The notes under the pieces are model-generated. The model worked only from the letters and a program-made list of their open reading frames with translations, did not search any database and was not told the origin of the DNA. A stretch of 63,745 nucleotides of DNA, filler included, from Folioceros fuciformis (lineage: Eukaryota), in the NCBI GenBank assembly GCA_049999805.1. It is 20 parts of 20 records of this genome, joined end to end, with 100 filler letters (N's around TTAATTAATTAA, not from the genome) between each part and the next. Parts side by side here need not be neighbours in the genome. Positions count along the whole stretch, not along the records: positions 21,509 to 27,685 come from JBNGIO010003160.1; positions 27,786 to 29,317 come from JBNGIO010003161.1; positions 29,418 to 33,238 come from JBNGIO010003162.1; positions 33,339 to 34,889 come from JBNGIO010003163.1; positions 34,990 to 37,321 come from JBNGIO010003164.1; 15 more parts are not named here. One strand, written 5' to 3'. The first letter of the stretch is position 1. Every line of letters begins with the position of its first letter. Positions 22,126-35,376 of this stretch are shown piece by piece. A program made the translations under genes and the position numbers.

Positions 22126-25100
22126 GTGGAGCAGAAGGATGATGTCCCTGGTGCTGCGAGCAAAGTGGCTGAAAGAGAGACATTGGAGTGGCTGTATGCG
22201 ACATCCGGAGTGCAAGGGCCTCTACCCCGGAAAGGAAGCCAGGAGCGGGGCGACCTCCGAGCGGGGCGGCCCCTTGCCTGCTCGGCCGACCTCCTGACTC
22301 CCGGATCCGTCAGCCTCCAGCCTGCTCGCCAGGTCGACCAGCGCCTGGTTCAGCCAGCCCGATCTCAAGTGATCATCTCCTTGTAAATAGACTCCCTTGT
22401 TAACCAGCCATGCTGTCCTAGCTGGCTGAACTTGGCGCTGCCTTGCCTCCAGCTGCATCTAGCCAACCAGCCCCAGGTGCTCTGCCCCCATATCAGCTAG
22501 CCATCCTACTACATCCCGATCTGCCTCTGTAGCTGGCCAGCGGCCGCCTGGCCTGAACCTCACTTGCCCGCCAACACTGCAAGCACGGCCCGGATCAACC
22601 CGAGGCCTGCCTGGCTTGGATCCGACCTCGCCCCTGGCTTGCCACACTACCAGTCTGAACTCGGCCAGTCGCTAGCCCCAGCCGGCTACCCGGCCTTCGA
22701 ATCCAACCCTGGCCAGCCTGCTGGGTCCTCCAACCACCGGCCCTACCTGATCTATTGGTCGGCCACCGGCTTGGTTGCTGCCCACAGCCGGCCTTTGCAG
22801 GCCAACCGCTATCTGGCTGATCAGCCAGGCCGCCTGCCTGGCACCCATCCAGATCCATCCTAGCCAGTCGCTAGGCAGCTGCTTGAGTGCTTGCCAGCGG
22901 GCCAGGTCTGTCTGCCGCCGTTCCACCAGCCAGCTCGGCCAGCCCGACAAGCCGGCCTCCCAAATCAGCCAGCCGACCTACAGGCCGGCTACTCCTGTGT
23001 GCTCCAGGTTGCCTGGCTCCCGTCATGATCAGCCACAGCCATCCTTAACCACGCCACCAGGATTCGGCCCCGATCTGCTCCCGTCAACCCCGCTAGACGG
23101 TCAGCCAGGCTTTCCGGATCCGCCAACAACCCGCCTGCTCATCGACCAGCTAGCCGTCTGCCCGATCTCTGCTAGTCCTCGAGCTGTCTGCCTGGCTGCC
23201 TCCTCGCTCAGCTCGAGGCCTGCCTGGCTTGGGTCCAGCGCCGCCCCTGGCTTGGCATGCAGCCTGATCCGCTGGCTGGCCACTGATGGCTGGCTCAGCC
23301 TCTGCTGCCCGGCCCAAGTCCACCCCGGCCAGGTCCTGCAAGCCAGGCGGCTTGCCTGCTAGCAGCTCGACTTGGCCAGCCGCCATGGGCTCCTCCATCC
23401 CCAGAGGCCGCAAACCGGCCTCTTGCCTGCCGGAATCGCCAGCCTGCTCCCGAATCATGCAGCTACTGAGCCACCTGCCGGCCTCCCGATTCAGTCTCGG
23501 CTGCCTAGCAGTCGGGCGCTTGCCCAAGGGTCGCCTGCCCACCACGATCCAGGCCAGTCTGCCTGGCTGCTTGGGTTCCTGCAGCCAGTGACTGCCCGGC
23601 TTCCCCGGCCGCCTTGCTGCCTGATCGATCGTACCCGCCTCTTGGATCCGGCAGCCTTGCCTGGCTGCCTAATTGATCGTACCCGCCTCTTGGATCCGGC
23701 AGCCTTGCCTGGCTGCCTGGCCGGGTAGGGCTGCCTGATCCTCAACCAGTCACTACTAGGCCAGCAACTTGCCAGGATCCCTCCCCGGCCTAGACTTCCC
23801 CCAGCCGGCCGCCTACCAAAGGCCGCAAGCTAGCCTGCTCTCCTTCCGGATCCGGTCAGGTAGCCAACCTGCTCGGCCTGGCAGCTTGCTGGATCCGTCC
23901 GCCAAGAGCCAACCCCTCTACGCATCCCTTGATCCAGCCAGGGGGCCACCTGAGCCCGCTGGCTGGCTAGATCCGGCTGGGAAGTCAGCTGGACCTGGCA
24001 AGCCCCCCCTAGCCAACCTGCCCGTGTGCCTAGGCTTGCCTACTGGCTAGCACGACCTGGATCTGGCTAGGCAGCCAGCCCACAGGGCGGCCAGCTTCTC
24101 CCGCACCTGGTTAGGTAGCCGTCTTGCACTAGCCCGCTTGCCCGATTCCCCTGGCCACTGCCCGCTGGCCCAGGCCGACTAGCCAGAGGCCGCTAGCTGG
24201 CCTCCGGCCTCTAGATCTAGCCGGGCAGCCAGCCTGCTCGGCTTGGCTGCTTGCTGGATCCACCTGCCTAGGGACCAGGCTAGCCTGCCTGGCTACTTGG
24301 GCTCTTGCAGCCAGGCCGGTGCTTGGCTTCCGGATCCAATAGGTAGCTAGCCTGCCGATCGACACCCCCTCCGGCCAGGACTCCCCTGGCCAATCGGCCA
24401 CCCTAGGTGACTGCCCGGCTGCCTGGATCCGCCTGCAAGCTGCCCTTGCCGCTGGGGCGCCAACCAGCTCCTCAGCAGCCGCTGCCAAGCTACTTGGCGA
24501 CTGCCTGGATGCCTAGCCGAAATCGCCTGCTTCTGGCCTGCCCGCTAGTTGGCTGGCGATCCGGCCAGCGCCTGTCTGGCCCCGCCGCGACGAGTTGTCA
24601 TGACCCGGCCCCTGCCCAGCCAGCCTGCTGGTTGCTTGGTCTAGCTGCAACCAGCCCGGCTCCAGAATCGGGCAGGCAGCCGTCATCTGCCGTTGCTGGT
24701 TAGATCTCTCCATCGCCAGCCACCCCACCGCCCGGATTTCGGCCTACCCACCTGCTTGGCTAGCAAATCAGCCTGGTCTCCCGATCCAACCAGGGAGCCC
24801 GCCTGCTTGGCCTGGCTGCCTGCTGGGCTGCCTGGCTCCTACAGCCAGGCACTTCACCCCCGAGTCCTCCCAATCAGCTCCCCGCGCTGCAGCCATCAAC
24901 TGCCCTACTCAAGGCCACCTCGGCCAGCTCCTTGCCAACTAGGCGTCTTCCTGCTCTCAGCCCGACTTGACCAGACACCATGCCTGATCCACTCAGGCAG
25001 CCGGCTTGCTGGCCTACCTACCTTCGTCCTGGCCCACTCCTGTGGTCGGTCCGACTCCTAGTTCCCTGACCCTGTTGCCAGCCCGACCGGCCCTGGCTGC

Positions 25101-25630
25101 GGCTTGCATGCAGCTGGCCGACCTGGCTGCTGGTCAGGTTCCTCAGCAACCGGGGGGCCCCTGGCTTGCTTGTGCTACCCATTCAAATGGGCTAGGCTGG
25201 GCTGTCTAGCGTTCCGGCCAAACCCGCTTGGATCGCCTGCCGGGCGACCTGCCCCTTAGCACCCGCTGCCATCCATTACCGCTTGGATCAGCCCAAGGCC
25301 CGTCTGGCCTGGATCCAGCGCCACCTCGGGCTGCCTGCCTGACCACCTCTAGCTGCAGCCAACCAGCGGCCGCATGGCAATCCGGCCAAGCCCACCTACC
25401 AAGATCTACCCAACCAGCCGCCCGTTCTGCTCCCCCGTTACCTTACCCCGAGGAACCAGAGCCCTTGCCCTATCTACCACACAACCTATCTACTCTATCG
25501 ACTCACCATAAATCTAGCTACTATTCTAGCCTAATCTCCCAACCTTTCCTCTACAACACTCACTCACAGATCCAAAAAAAAAAGAAAACCTATCCTTTCC
25601 CAGGGGTCTGTTCAGCATGTGGAGTCCACA
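22125..25630. mobile_element. 3.5-kb GC-rich, internally repetitive non-coding element (LARD-type interior or giant LTR)
   Basis: No recognisable domain; dense CCAGC/GCTGG/GGATCC/CTAG motifs; bounded by TGTGGA...TCCACA. The right end interrupts a gypsy protease. Confidence 0.5.
23616..23718. repeat. 48-bp tandem repeat, ~2.1 units
   Basis: GCTGCCTRATYGATCGTACCCGCCTCTTGGATCCGGCAGCCTTGCCTG. Confidence 0.9.
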
Positions 25631-26304
25631 CCTTCCCAGGAGAACCTTATACCCCAAATCAGACACAAGTCCCATAACGATGTAGGTCAGATAGAAGGTG
25701 ACTCCTCCAATCACTGTGGGCACATCCCGAAGTACTCCCAAGGGTTTCCTCTTGGTTTGATTAGCCATGCGTAGATAAACTCGGGTCGGTGTGAACTCCA
25801 TAAAACCCAGACGATGTGCTGTTTCTTCAGTCATGAAGTTGACCCCAGACCCGGTATCCAGTGGTACCTCCGAGATTAGGCAGCCTGCCACCTCAATCTC
25901 GATTTCAGGTGCCCCGCGATCCACCAACTCCACCAGATTGACCTCTGCGAACGCGTTCTTCACAGTTAAGGGTTCCGGAATTCCGCGAATTGTCTCCTTC
26001 ACGATCTTGCGAGATCTTGGGCTAACTGCCAATAGTTGTCGCAGGCTAATCACGAACTCATGGTCGAGGAGGGCGTCTACGAAGTTTGCGATCTGGTCCG
26101 AGAGGGTTGGTCGCCTTAACCTGCCGTCGTCATTTCCTGGATCCCCATGCAACCTTGAAACCTCTTCCGAGTGAGCAGGGCTCGAAGGCTAGGCAAGTTC
26201 ACCTCTATTTGTCCCTTCGAGTAGTTCCCCGAAACTCACTCGCCGCGGCTGCTGTGTTAGCCGCCGTAACTCCTCCTCCAACATCGTCGCCATCTGCTGA
26301 GTCG

Positions 26305-26348
<44 letters not shown>

Positions 26349-27685
26349 GACTCAGCAGAAGCCCCCGTGCCCCTTGCCTCGGGCTCCCCAGGCGCTCCGG
26401 CGTCTTCCATTGGCGCGCTCTCACCCTCCCGCAGACTGCTACGACTCTTGGGTGGCCAAGGGGAATCTTCCCTGACCTTTCGCTTCTTCTTCTCCCCTTT
26501 TTCGCGACGCCTCTCCCGGTACTGCAGCTCCCACGCTCTTCTCCCAGAGCGCGTGGTGACTCTTGCCACGTCCAATCCTTCCCCATCACTGACCTCGCCA
26601 ACGTAGCCTTCTTCCACGATTCTCGAGTAGACATGGGTATCGTCCACCGTGTCAAACTCTGCCGCAACCTGCATAACAGGAGTGGAAGTCACGGTGATAG
26701 CCGTGTCGGTGTTCGCGAAAGATCCGTCTGCCGCAGAGTTAGAAGCTTTGTCCCCTGATCGAGATGGGACAACACGTGGGATGCCGGAACAGCGTGGATC
26801 ACCCGCTTTGTGGCCAAGTTCCTTGCACACTTGACAAAACGGAACGTACCCCATCTGCCGCCTTGGCTCGAGACATTCATGGGCATAATGACCAGGTGCA
26901 CCACAATTATAGTAGCACCCGGCTAGAGCTGACGTCGGTCGTTGAGATGAGTCAGGCCTCCAATGGCCTGGCGTAATCGGGCGCAGCCCATACTGCATGG
27001 TTGGGGGTGCCATCGGTTGATAGGTGGCTCTCATCGATTGGGGTGGACGGGCCGCTGTGACCGCCTACACTTGATAGGTCTCATCGACATACCAATAATC
27101 TCCAGGCACATATGCGCCCACCTGGTTGACCACATGTCTTGGTGCCTTGGGGCACTCACGGTTGGTGTGTCCTGCATGATGACATATGGAACAATACACC
27201 GACTACCTAGCCGGAGAGGGGGATCGTCGTGGAGCCTGATTTTTCACCGCCTTGACCTCCAACTCCGTCAACCGCCTGGTCAGGGCCTCCAACTGATCCG
27301 TGAGGACAACGCTGCCCGCGGAGGGACCTCCGCGCTCCATCCTATTAGAACTCTTGTTCTTGCTCTCCTTCTCGGCTGCTCTCTCAAAATCCTCCTGACG
27401 CTTCCTTTTTGCGCGTTCGAGATCCTTCCTCAACCGGCGTTGGTAAACGGGGTCGGACTCGTCGTCCATCGAGTTGCCTGAGATGGTGCTTCCCTTTTCC
27501 GTGTCTGACCTGGAAGAAGACATAGAGGGACGCGCTGGCGAAGAAGAACTGGAGTACCTCGCTTCCTTGACCTTCCTCCGCTCCTTCCTCTTCTTGCGCT
27601 TCCCATACTCAGCTAACTCATAATCTTCTGCCGCCTTCAGACATTCTTGCAGAGTGGTGGTCCCCAGCCGGCAGTGGGTGTCCAT
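25631..27685 (-). mobile_element. Ty3/gypsy gag (three knuckles, partly degenerate) + aspartic protease
   Basis: Homologous to 7868-9118; protease VPLDTGSGVNFM...VLLGR. Confidence 0.88.
26293..26359. other. Probable sequencing-adapter artefact (inverted TCTGCTGAGTCGA flanking A41)
   Basis: 13-bp perfect inverted repeat around a poly-A run. It matches, from memory, the start of the MGI stLFR adapter TCTGCTGAGTCGAGAAC.... Confidence 0.75.
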
Positions 27686-27785
27686 NNNNNNNNNNNNNNN
27701 NNNNNNNNNNNNNNNNNNNNNNNNNNNNNTTAATTAATTAANNNNNNNNNNNNNNNNNNNNNNNNNNNNNNNNNNNNNNNNNNNN

Positions 27786-28448
27786 ATCGACATGCTGTTG
27801 GCACTCTTATATATTTATGCAATTTCACTAGACCTGATATTTCTTTTGAAGTAAGCTCTTGCTTACAGTTTTTAGAGAACCCTGGACACCAACATTGGAT
27901 GTCAGTTAAGCGTATTTTTCGATACCTTAAAGGGACTATGCATACAGGGCTGACATTTAAGCATACACCAGCAATCAAAACATTAACACTCACGGCATAT
28001 GCCGATGCTGATTATGCTGGTGATCTTGATACTCAAAAATCCGTATCAGGTTATGTTTCACTTCTTGGAGGAGCCCCAATATCATGGTCGAGTAAGAAAT
28101 AGCCTACCATTGCCTTGTCTAGTACTGAATCTGAATATGGAGTACTAACATATGTTTCCAAGGATATAGTATGGTCTAGGCTAGTTTTGAGTGAACTCAA
28201 TCACCCTCAGCATAACCCAACATCTCTTTTTAGTGATAGTCAGGGCGCCATAGCACTTGCTAGAAACCCTATTTTTCATTCCAGAACCCAACATATAGCT
28301 GTTGAGTATCAGAGAGAAATTGGAAGATAAGACCATAGATATCAGTTATTTACCAACCCAAAATAACCCAGCTAATCTGTTAATTAAATCATTACGGAGA
28401 GATTTGCATTTAAAACACATGAAAATGTTAGGCATTCAAGAGGTTTAA
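27786..28448 (+). mobile_element. Ty1/copia RT C-terminus + RNase H remnant
   Basis: TRPDISF, VKRIFRYLKGT, YADADYAGD, SSTESEY, HSRTQHI. Confidence 0.9.
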
Positions 28449-28643
28449 GTCAGCAAGCTAGCATGTGTAATTGTATTCCCTACAGTCCACACATCTTATC
28501 TAGCATACATAGTTCCTCTCCTAACTCTATGTAGTCTTCACTGTACTCCTTATCCTCTCTCTCTAATGCCCAGAAGGATCCTACAATACACTCCATGGGT
28601 TATATACACATCTTAGGAAGAAGGTAGTACTTAAGTCTTTAGG

Positions 28644-29317
28644 TTACTTACGGTACAAGTGTTTGGTGTGTCCTTCGTATTCTTCACATGGGGAAGCACC
28701 CAACCACATCATTTTTATTCCTCTCTTTTCACATACATACTCCATGGGAACTTCAAGGTCATCCTTTCCTCCAGGAAGAACCAAGTAGGTTGCCTTACAT
28801 AAATTACCAGCTGGCAGGTAGGAACTAGGAATTTTCTTCTTTGCACTTGCTCTCTCTTGAGTAGGTCGTAGAGGTAGGGCAAATCTTATATGACTTGTGC
28901 CCACATTTTTATCTACATCTGCAAAATAGAGGCAAATATTAGGAAAATGTTAGTTTAGTCTACCTAGTTTTTTGGTATCAACTTTCCCACTTACTTCTTT
29001 GCTCTCCTGTTGTTGCCGCTATAACATCCTCTATTTGGTTATCAGCACAAGGATGTGACCTCCAGCTTGGGCTACCATCACAAACAGCCTGCTGGGGGGT
29101 CTCTTCTTGTTTTATAAAGTCTTCTAACTCTTTTGAATCTTCATTTATTTTGAAGTCATCATATTCGGCCTTAGTTGGCGGTGCTGGCTTCATCGGATTA
29201 TCTACATCCACATTTATTAGCATTTTGTGCAATCAAAATTTTTATACAATTTATCTTGCAATTCATTGACTTACCAGTCACTTTGACTTCTCTCACAACG
29301 ACCTCGGATTTTTTCAT
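28644..29317 (-). other. Possible exon fragments of an unidentified gene
   Basis: Protein-like ORFs 28978-29232 and 28644-28904 with a TTTTGCAG acceptor near 28920. No recognisable domain. Confidence 0.25.
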
Positions 29318-30169
29318 NNNNNNNNNNNNNNNNNNNNNNNNNNNNNNNNNNNNNNNNNNNNTTAATTAATTAANNNNNNNNNNNNNNNNNNNNNNNNNNN
29401 NNNNNNNNNNNNNNNNNCAGCAGCTTGGGCTCTTGGCATGTGTCTTGCAAGCAGCTGCGTAATTTTTTGCTGCCTCTGATACTGGTGTAAGCGGTGCAGT
29501 CACTCATGACAGTAAACTTCTGTCTGCTATTTTTGTAGGGGCCTTGGAACAGGAACTTTGGCACGCAATCAAGGATGGGCACAAAATTCTGGGCATGGGG
29601 TTTCTTGAGGCGCATTGGGACGCTAGCCAAATACTTTCTGAACTCCACTCGCTCCAACAGAGTGTGATGATTTTCTTTCAAACCACGTTGTTCATTACTT
29701 TCCTCGAAGTATGCAGCCTGTGTGTAGCCTTTTCATGACAGTGATGCTCCTTTGTAGCACCTTGTTTTTATTTCTCTACTATGTGCATGAGGCATCAGGC
29801 CGCAGTGGAGAGCATGGCACAGCGGGACGAGTTCCAGTTGGCTCTGTCACAGCTGCAGACTCTGCTCAGAACCTACACTTGGACCTCTTTGTCAACATCC
29901 CATAAGGCTCTTCGACAACAGCTACCAAATTCTCACCTTCTAAAACCAGAAGAGTGGATTCTAACCTCTAAGACAAAAAGCATAATTGACTCGATCAAAA
30001 CTGAGTGCTATTTGCTATCTTCTCTCACCCTACAAAAGTGGATTGGTCAGCTTCTAAAACCAAAAGCCCCCTACAAAAGTGCATCAATCCACTCTTTATC
30101 AACTGCCTATGTTCCACCTCACCGTCTTTTTCTTCTTACACACAACTTCCTCCAAACCAACAAATCGTT

Positions 30170-32447
30170 TCAGTCAGTTCGTGCCCTCATTCTCAGCAAA
30201 AGTTTCCAACACTTGTTTCCGTTGAGGTTGTTTGTATGCATGTGCCACTAATTGTCTCACCTTTTGTTGAGTTTGCTCCATAATGCAGGCTATCCCAAAA
30301 GCTAAATCTGAATGCTCAAATGCAATATCACATACTTCAGCACATGCCATTTTAATAAAATCCAACCGTTTTTCTTTTGCCATCTCCAATTCTATCTTAC
30401 ATTCTTGGTGCCAGCAAGGGGTTACTAGGCAACACAATGTGTGGAGCTTCTTGATCCTTCATCCAAAAAGCCATACCCAAGTTGTTGGTATCACTACTTT
30501 AAGCAACATACGCTCCATCTGTTCTTCCATTTTGCCTAGCTGCTGCTACACCATCTTTGTATATGCCAAGGAGTTGTTGAACTTTCACCACATGCTTGCA
30601 GATGAAACCCTAAACCCCATTAGACATGAACATGTAGCCCAAGGAGAGTAAACATGTTCAATCACATACCACAAGTTAAGGGTCGATGAAGACAAACAAT
30701 GTGCAGCAACATTTTTGGCATGCGGTAAAATAATTGAGCTAATAGGAATAGTTTCTGCACCCTTCATAGCGGTTTCCTCTAAAGCCTTGGGCTTCTTGGT
30801 ATGCCTGTATCCCCCTTCTTTCGTGAAGTGCTAGTACCAATAATGTCGGGCAACCACATTCACTAATTGGTGTAGTAACCAGTTTAGTCTACGGCTAGGC
30901 AAACTTGACTTGCTAAATGCTGCACGTTCTTTTATAAATCTATGGAATCCTTCCACAGCTGAAGTTGTATGTTGCCCTGCATGAGGCAACATTCTAGCAT
31001 TACACAACCACATATCTATAGTCTCTCCCCATTGGACCTTCATATATCTCACACAGTCTCCTTCACTTGTTCCCCACTTGTCACAAAAATTGTGTAGCAT
31101 ACTTCTTCTTATGGAAATACACTCTGAAGATGTGCTTGCCCCTGTGACATACATAATATCCCCTAGCTCTGCCCACATTGAAATTCGATTACTTTTTGAG
31201 TGCGATTTCTTCAATAAATTCCGTCTCCACGCTTTCCGCACATGCCACAAGCATAATAATATAGGCATATTATGATTCCACACTGACCGAATAGCGGAAA
31301 TCTCTGCCTGACATTCATCAACAAGGAATGAACTAGGTGTCCAATCCTTGTTGATCTTTTCAACCTTCTTCCGTAAAGCTGAAAGCCACCTGACAAGTGA
31401 CTCAGCAGTAGCATCTTTTGTAATAGCCCATGCTACTGGAACACCGTTCAAGTAATGGTCAAAAACCATCACAGTGAATAAGTGGTAGCGATACCTGTTC
31501 AACCCAAAAGTTGCATGCATAGCTAGCACATTACCATTCCCATAAAGCAACATGCAATATAACATCAAAGGAGTTTGAATACCCAAAGCGAAAGGTTGAT
31601 TCTCGCTTGATTGGTGGAAGACTATAGACGCATTTTGCTCCAACCACAGGGCCACTGATGTGGCATCATCTGGGGCTAGCTTCCATTCACCAACTTCAAC
31701 TTGTGTAAGTATATTGAGAACATCATATCTTTGCATATAATCATCTCTTACTAGCTCATATACCTGTGTCTGATTGTTGATTTGAGCATACAATGCATCT
31801 TGATGCTGACGCATTATTTCATCAATAGGAACTTTGCAATATAGGCAATGCCTAATCCAATCCTTCTTTTCTTGTGAAAGCCATGCTGCTCTGACATCAC
31901 GGGGTAAACCTTCGTACCCAGGCCCATGACATATAGCATTTGAAAGGTCAATATTCCTATGTTCAAAAAGACCAATCTCAGCAACCGTAGGCCACACAAG
32001 AAGTTTCTTCACCCTAAAATTTGCTTGGCAACCATGCTTCACACTCTCTCCGCGAAGGACCTTACACTTAGCTGTATTAGCACCACGTGACACTCCCACC
32101 TCTTTTTGACGAAAGTCTTCCGGGCCGTAAGAACACTAATACCTGCAAGCTAGCCTCATAATGTTAATGCCTCCCTAAGTAATAAAACAATTTGCATACT
32201 TCAAACCTTCTCACCTAACATATAATACAGCTGTATGCACTATCGATATTGCAGGGTGAGGTAAACTCCCCAGTCCCTTAGAATCCTTCTTGTAGAAGTT
32301 CGTAGGATGGGAACTTATAGCACTCATTCCCCCAATAAAGTCTCTCACTCTAGAAAAGAGTATGTGAGCCACCTTCACATGTTTTTGCTGCCCTGGTGCC
32401 TTAAATATGAGAAGGTTAAATAACCCTAATTTAGGAAGCTGCACCAC
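30170..32447 (-). pseudogene. MULE transposase-like / SWIM zinc-finger protein with intron 32143-32214
   Basis: Spliced RY[W]CSYGPEDFR, GCQANFRVK, CHGP, M[D>H]ATFG, GVPVAWAIT, FLVD, LCLWHVRKAW, T-SAVEGFH, and frameshifted SWIM CSC...CKH near 30595-30635. Stops at 32136 and 30831. Confidence 0.85.
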
Positions 32448-33338
32448 AAAAGTGTGTTAGTTAGTAACTCTTCTAAATTAATTCATATTATTATCCGTAA
32501 ATCACATTCCCCTATCCTAAAGAGAACCCTAACCCTAACCCTAATCTCAACCTTTAACCAAAATCCCTATCCCTAATCACAAGAACGCTTAAAAGCAAAG
32601 ATTGAACATGCCGCTCTAAACTCGCATATCACGCTATGCAAATGAGGGAAGTTCACATACCATAAGCTTGTAAGCCGGGGTGCACTTGGAGCCTTAAACA
32701 AGTATTATTAGTGACGTGTAAGGGGCTTTCTCATGTCCCGTGTTGGTGGTATGTACCGGACGGGCGTCAAAACTTTTGGCCACCTGTTCGGATCATGCAT
32801 GACTCACCATAGCATGGTGACGGGCAAGGACATACAGGGCCGTGCGGACACACGTGCCGGCCCTTATGCCCATCGGTATCCATTTGCAAGCCTTCAGGCT
32901 GCGGTGGTCATACATACATACGTACAGTGTACCCGGCCGAGGATCTGTCTAGACGAGACTTTTGTGAGAGTCATCTTCCGACAGCGGTCCCTGAAAGATG
33001 GCCACAGTATGGCAACCGGACCTGTTGTGGACCCAACAAATTGGAATTGGTGTGTGTACAAGGACTCTACCAGGAACCCCCGCTCACCTCAGCTTCGGGA
33101 GTGAATCACCCTTTGCAAACAAAGCCTCCAGGTGCAGCAGTGTCAGGAACCCAACACTTCCACCTCCGAGAGCGAGAACGTGTGTGGGCAGGGACGGGAT
33201 TTCCGACGATGCTGGTAGTTGCCAGGAGCAGCAGGAGCNNNNNNNNNNNNNNNNNNNNNNNNNNNNNNNNNNNNNNNNNNNNTTAATTAATTAANNNNNN
33301 NNNNNNNNNNNNNNNNNNNNNNNNNNNNNNNNNNNNNN

Positions 33339-34889
33339 ACGGATGATAAATCTAGGTACACTAAGGTGTATTCTTTGAAATCCAAAGATGCATGCTTCTC
33401 CAAATTCAAGGAGTACAAAGCATTTGTAGAGAATCAAATCGGGAGAAAGATGAAGATTTTACGAAGTGACAATGGAGGGGAGTACATGTCCAAGGAATTC
33501 GAGATGTTTTGCAAAGAGCACGAAATCATCCATCAATTCTCGGCACCCTATAGCCCTCAGCAAAACGGAGTCGCAGAACGCAAAAACAGAACTTTGGTAG
33601 AATGTGGTAGAAGTATGTTGCACCATGGAGGATTGGGACATGAGTTTTGGGGTGAAGCTATTGCAACTGTTGTGTACCTAACAAACAGAAGTGCAAATGC
33701 ATCATTGGATGGCATCACACCAGAGGAGTGTTGGAGTGGAAGGAAGCCTTCCATTGCTCATCTGCATGTTTTTGGGTGTAGGGCATTTGTGCATAGACAC
33801 AAGGAGACAAGGACCAAGTTAGAAGCAAAGTTGATGGAGTGTATTTTTGTGGGTTATGATTTGGAAAGAAAAGCCTTTAGATTGTATGACAAGGGCTCCA
33901 AGAGTATCATCATGAGTAGGGATGTGATTTTTGATGAGGATAGAAATGCTGCAACTAAGATCGTAAATGCATCTATTGTCGGTGATCATGAGTTTATTGT
34001 GCCTCCAGAAGAAGTAGGAGAAGACAATGCTCATGCTGATGAGAATGAGAAGACTTCTAGTGAAGGAGAAGTTGAGGAGTAAGCACCAAGACAGCAAACT
34101 CCTCCACCTAAGAGGTATCTAGCTAGGGAGCGGCGCCCACCTAAGGATTGGAGGGAAGGGCCTGAGTCTGCGTGTGTGGCTTTGGCACATGGAAGTGAAC
34201 CCATCACAGTGGCTGAAGCTTTACAAGGAAGAGATCGTGAGCATTGGAAAGAAGCCATGGATGAGGATATGAGGTCGCTCCAAGGCAACAATACTTGGAT
34301 GTTGACTACATTGCCTCCAAGAAGGAATGCCATCGGATGCAAATGGGTGTTCAAAATTAAGAGCAATTCAAGTGAACAAATTGATAGATTCAAGGCTAGG
34401 TTGGTGGTGAAGGGATCCGCTCAAGAGGAAGGCATTGACTACAATGAGACATTTGCCTCGGTTGCAAAGTTTGCATCCATTAGAACCTTACTTGCAGTGG
34501 GAGCAATTGATGATTTGGAAATCCATCAACTGGATGTGAAAACAACATTTTTGAATGGGGATTTGGAAGAAGACATTTACATGGAGCAGCCTCAAGGGTA
34601 TGTAGCAATCGGCAAGGAGGACTTGGTCTGCAAATTGAAGAAAGCCCTCTATGGATTGAATCAAGCGCCACGAGCTTGGTATCAAAAGATTAACTCTTAT
34701 CTTTTGGAGCAAGGTTTTCAGCCATGTACAGCAGATGAGAGCATCTACACTTCTGAGGTCGCACAAAGTAAGGTAATCTTAGCCATATACGTGGATGATC
34801 TGATCCTACTAAGTCCATCTCTAAGTGCTATTGCTAAGGTGAAGGAGATGTTGTCAAAGAAGTTTGAGATGAAGGACTTGGGGGAGATT
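33339..34889 (+). mobile_element. Ty1/copia integrase-RT fragment
   Basis: LRSDNGGEY, PQQNGVAERKNR, CKWVFKIK, QLDVKTTFLNG, YVDD. Confidence 0.95.
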
Positions 34890-35376
34890 NNNNNNNNNNN
34901 NNNNNNNNNNNNNNNNNNNNNNNNNNNNNNNNNTTAATTAATTAANNNNNNNNNNNNNNNNNNNNNNNNNNNNNNNNNNNNNNNNNNNNCCCCCCCCCGG
35001 TCCCTATTTTCATCATTTCAATAATTGCATTTGCCATCCACCTGTTTTCCTTGCCCATATGCAGCCTGCTTACTACCTGCCTTCAGCAACCGGGGATTTC
35101 CAGCCAGTGCTCACCCCGAATTCTCAAGTGAAGATCGAACCACCACCAACGTCATCCCTCACCCAGGAACTTTGGGGTCAGCTGGAGACGACTGCCGACG
35201 AGCTTGTGGACCTCGTTTTTCGACTCCGGCGACTTACGGAGCCAGATCCCGGCACATCTCCGGCTGCTCACCCATCGAACTTGAGAATGTTTCCCTGAAC
35301 TCTCGCGGCTGTATTTTTCTCCTCTGTATATACTTTCTAAGGAAGTGACCATCTTCGACTTCGAAGCTCGGCTTTT

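Noticed and set aside
22126-25677. Many overlapping ORFs in the GC-rich region
   Set aside because: Expected from high GC content; P/A/R/L-rich in all frames with no domain signal.
26305-26345. Poly-A as a retroposed tail or poly-Lys/Phe tract
   Set aside because: Flanked by inverted adapter-like sequence rather than a TSD.
32525-32544. (AACCCT)3 as a telomere
   Set aside because: Only three units and internal; too short to call a telomere or to infer the taxon.
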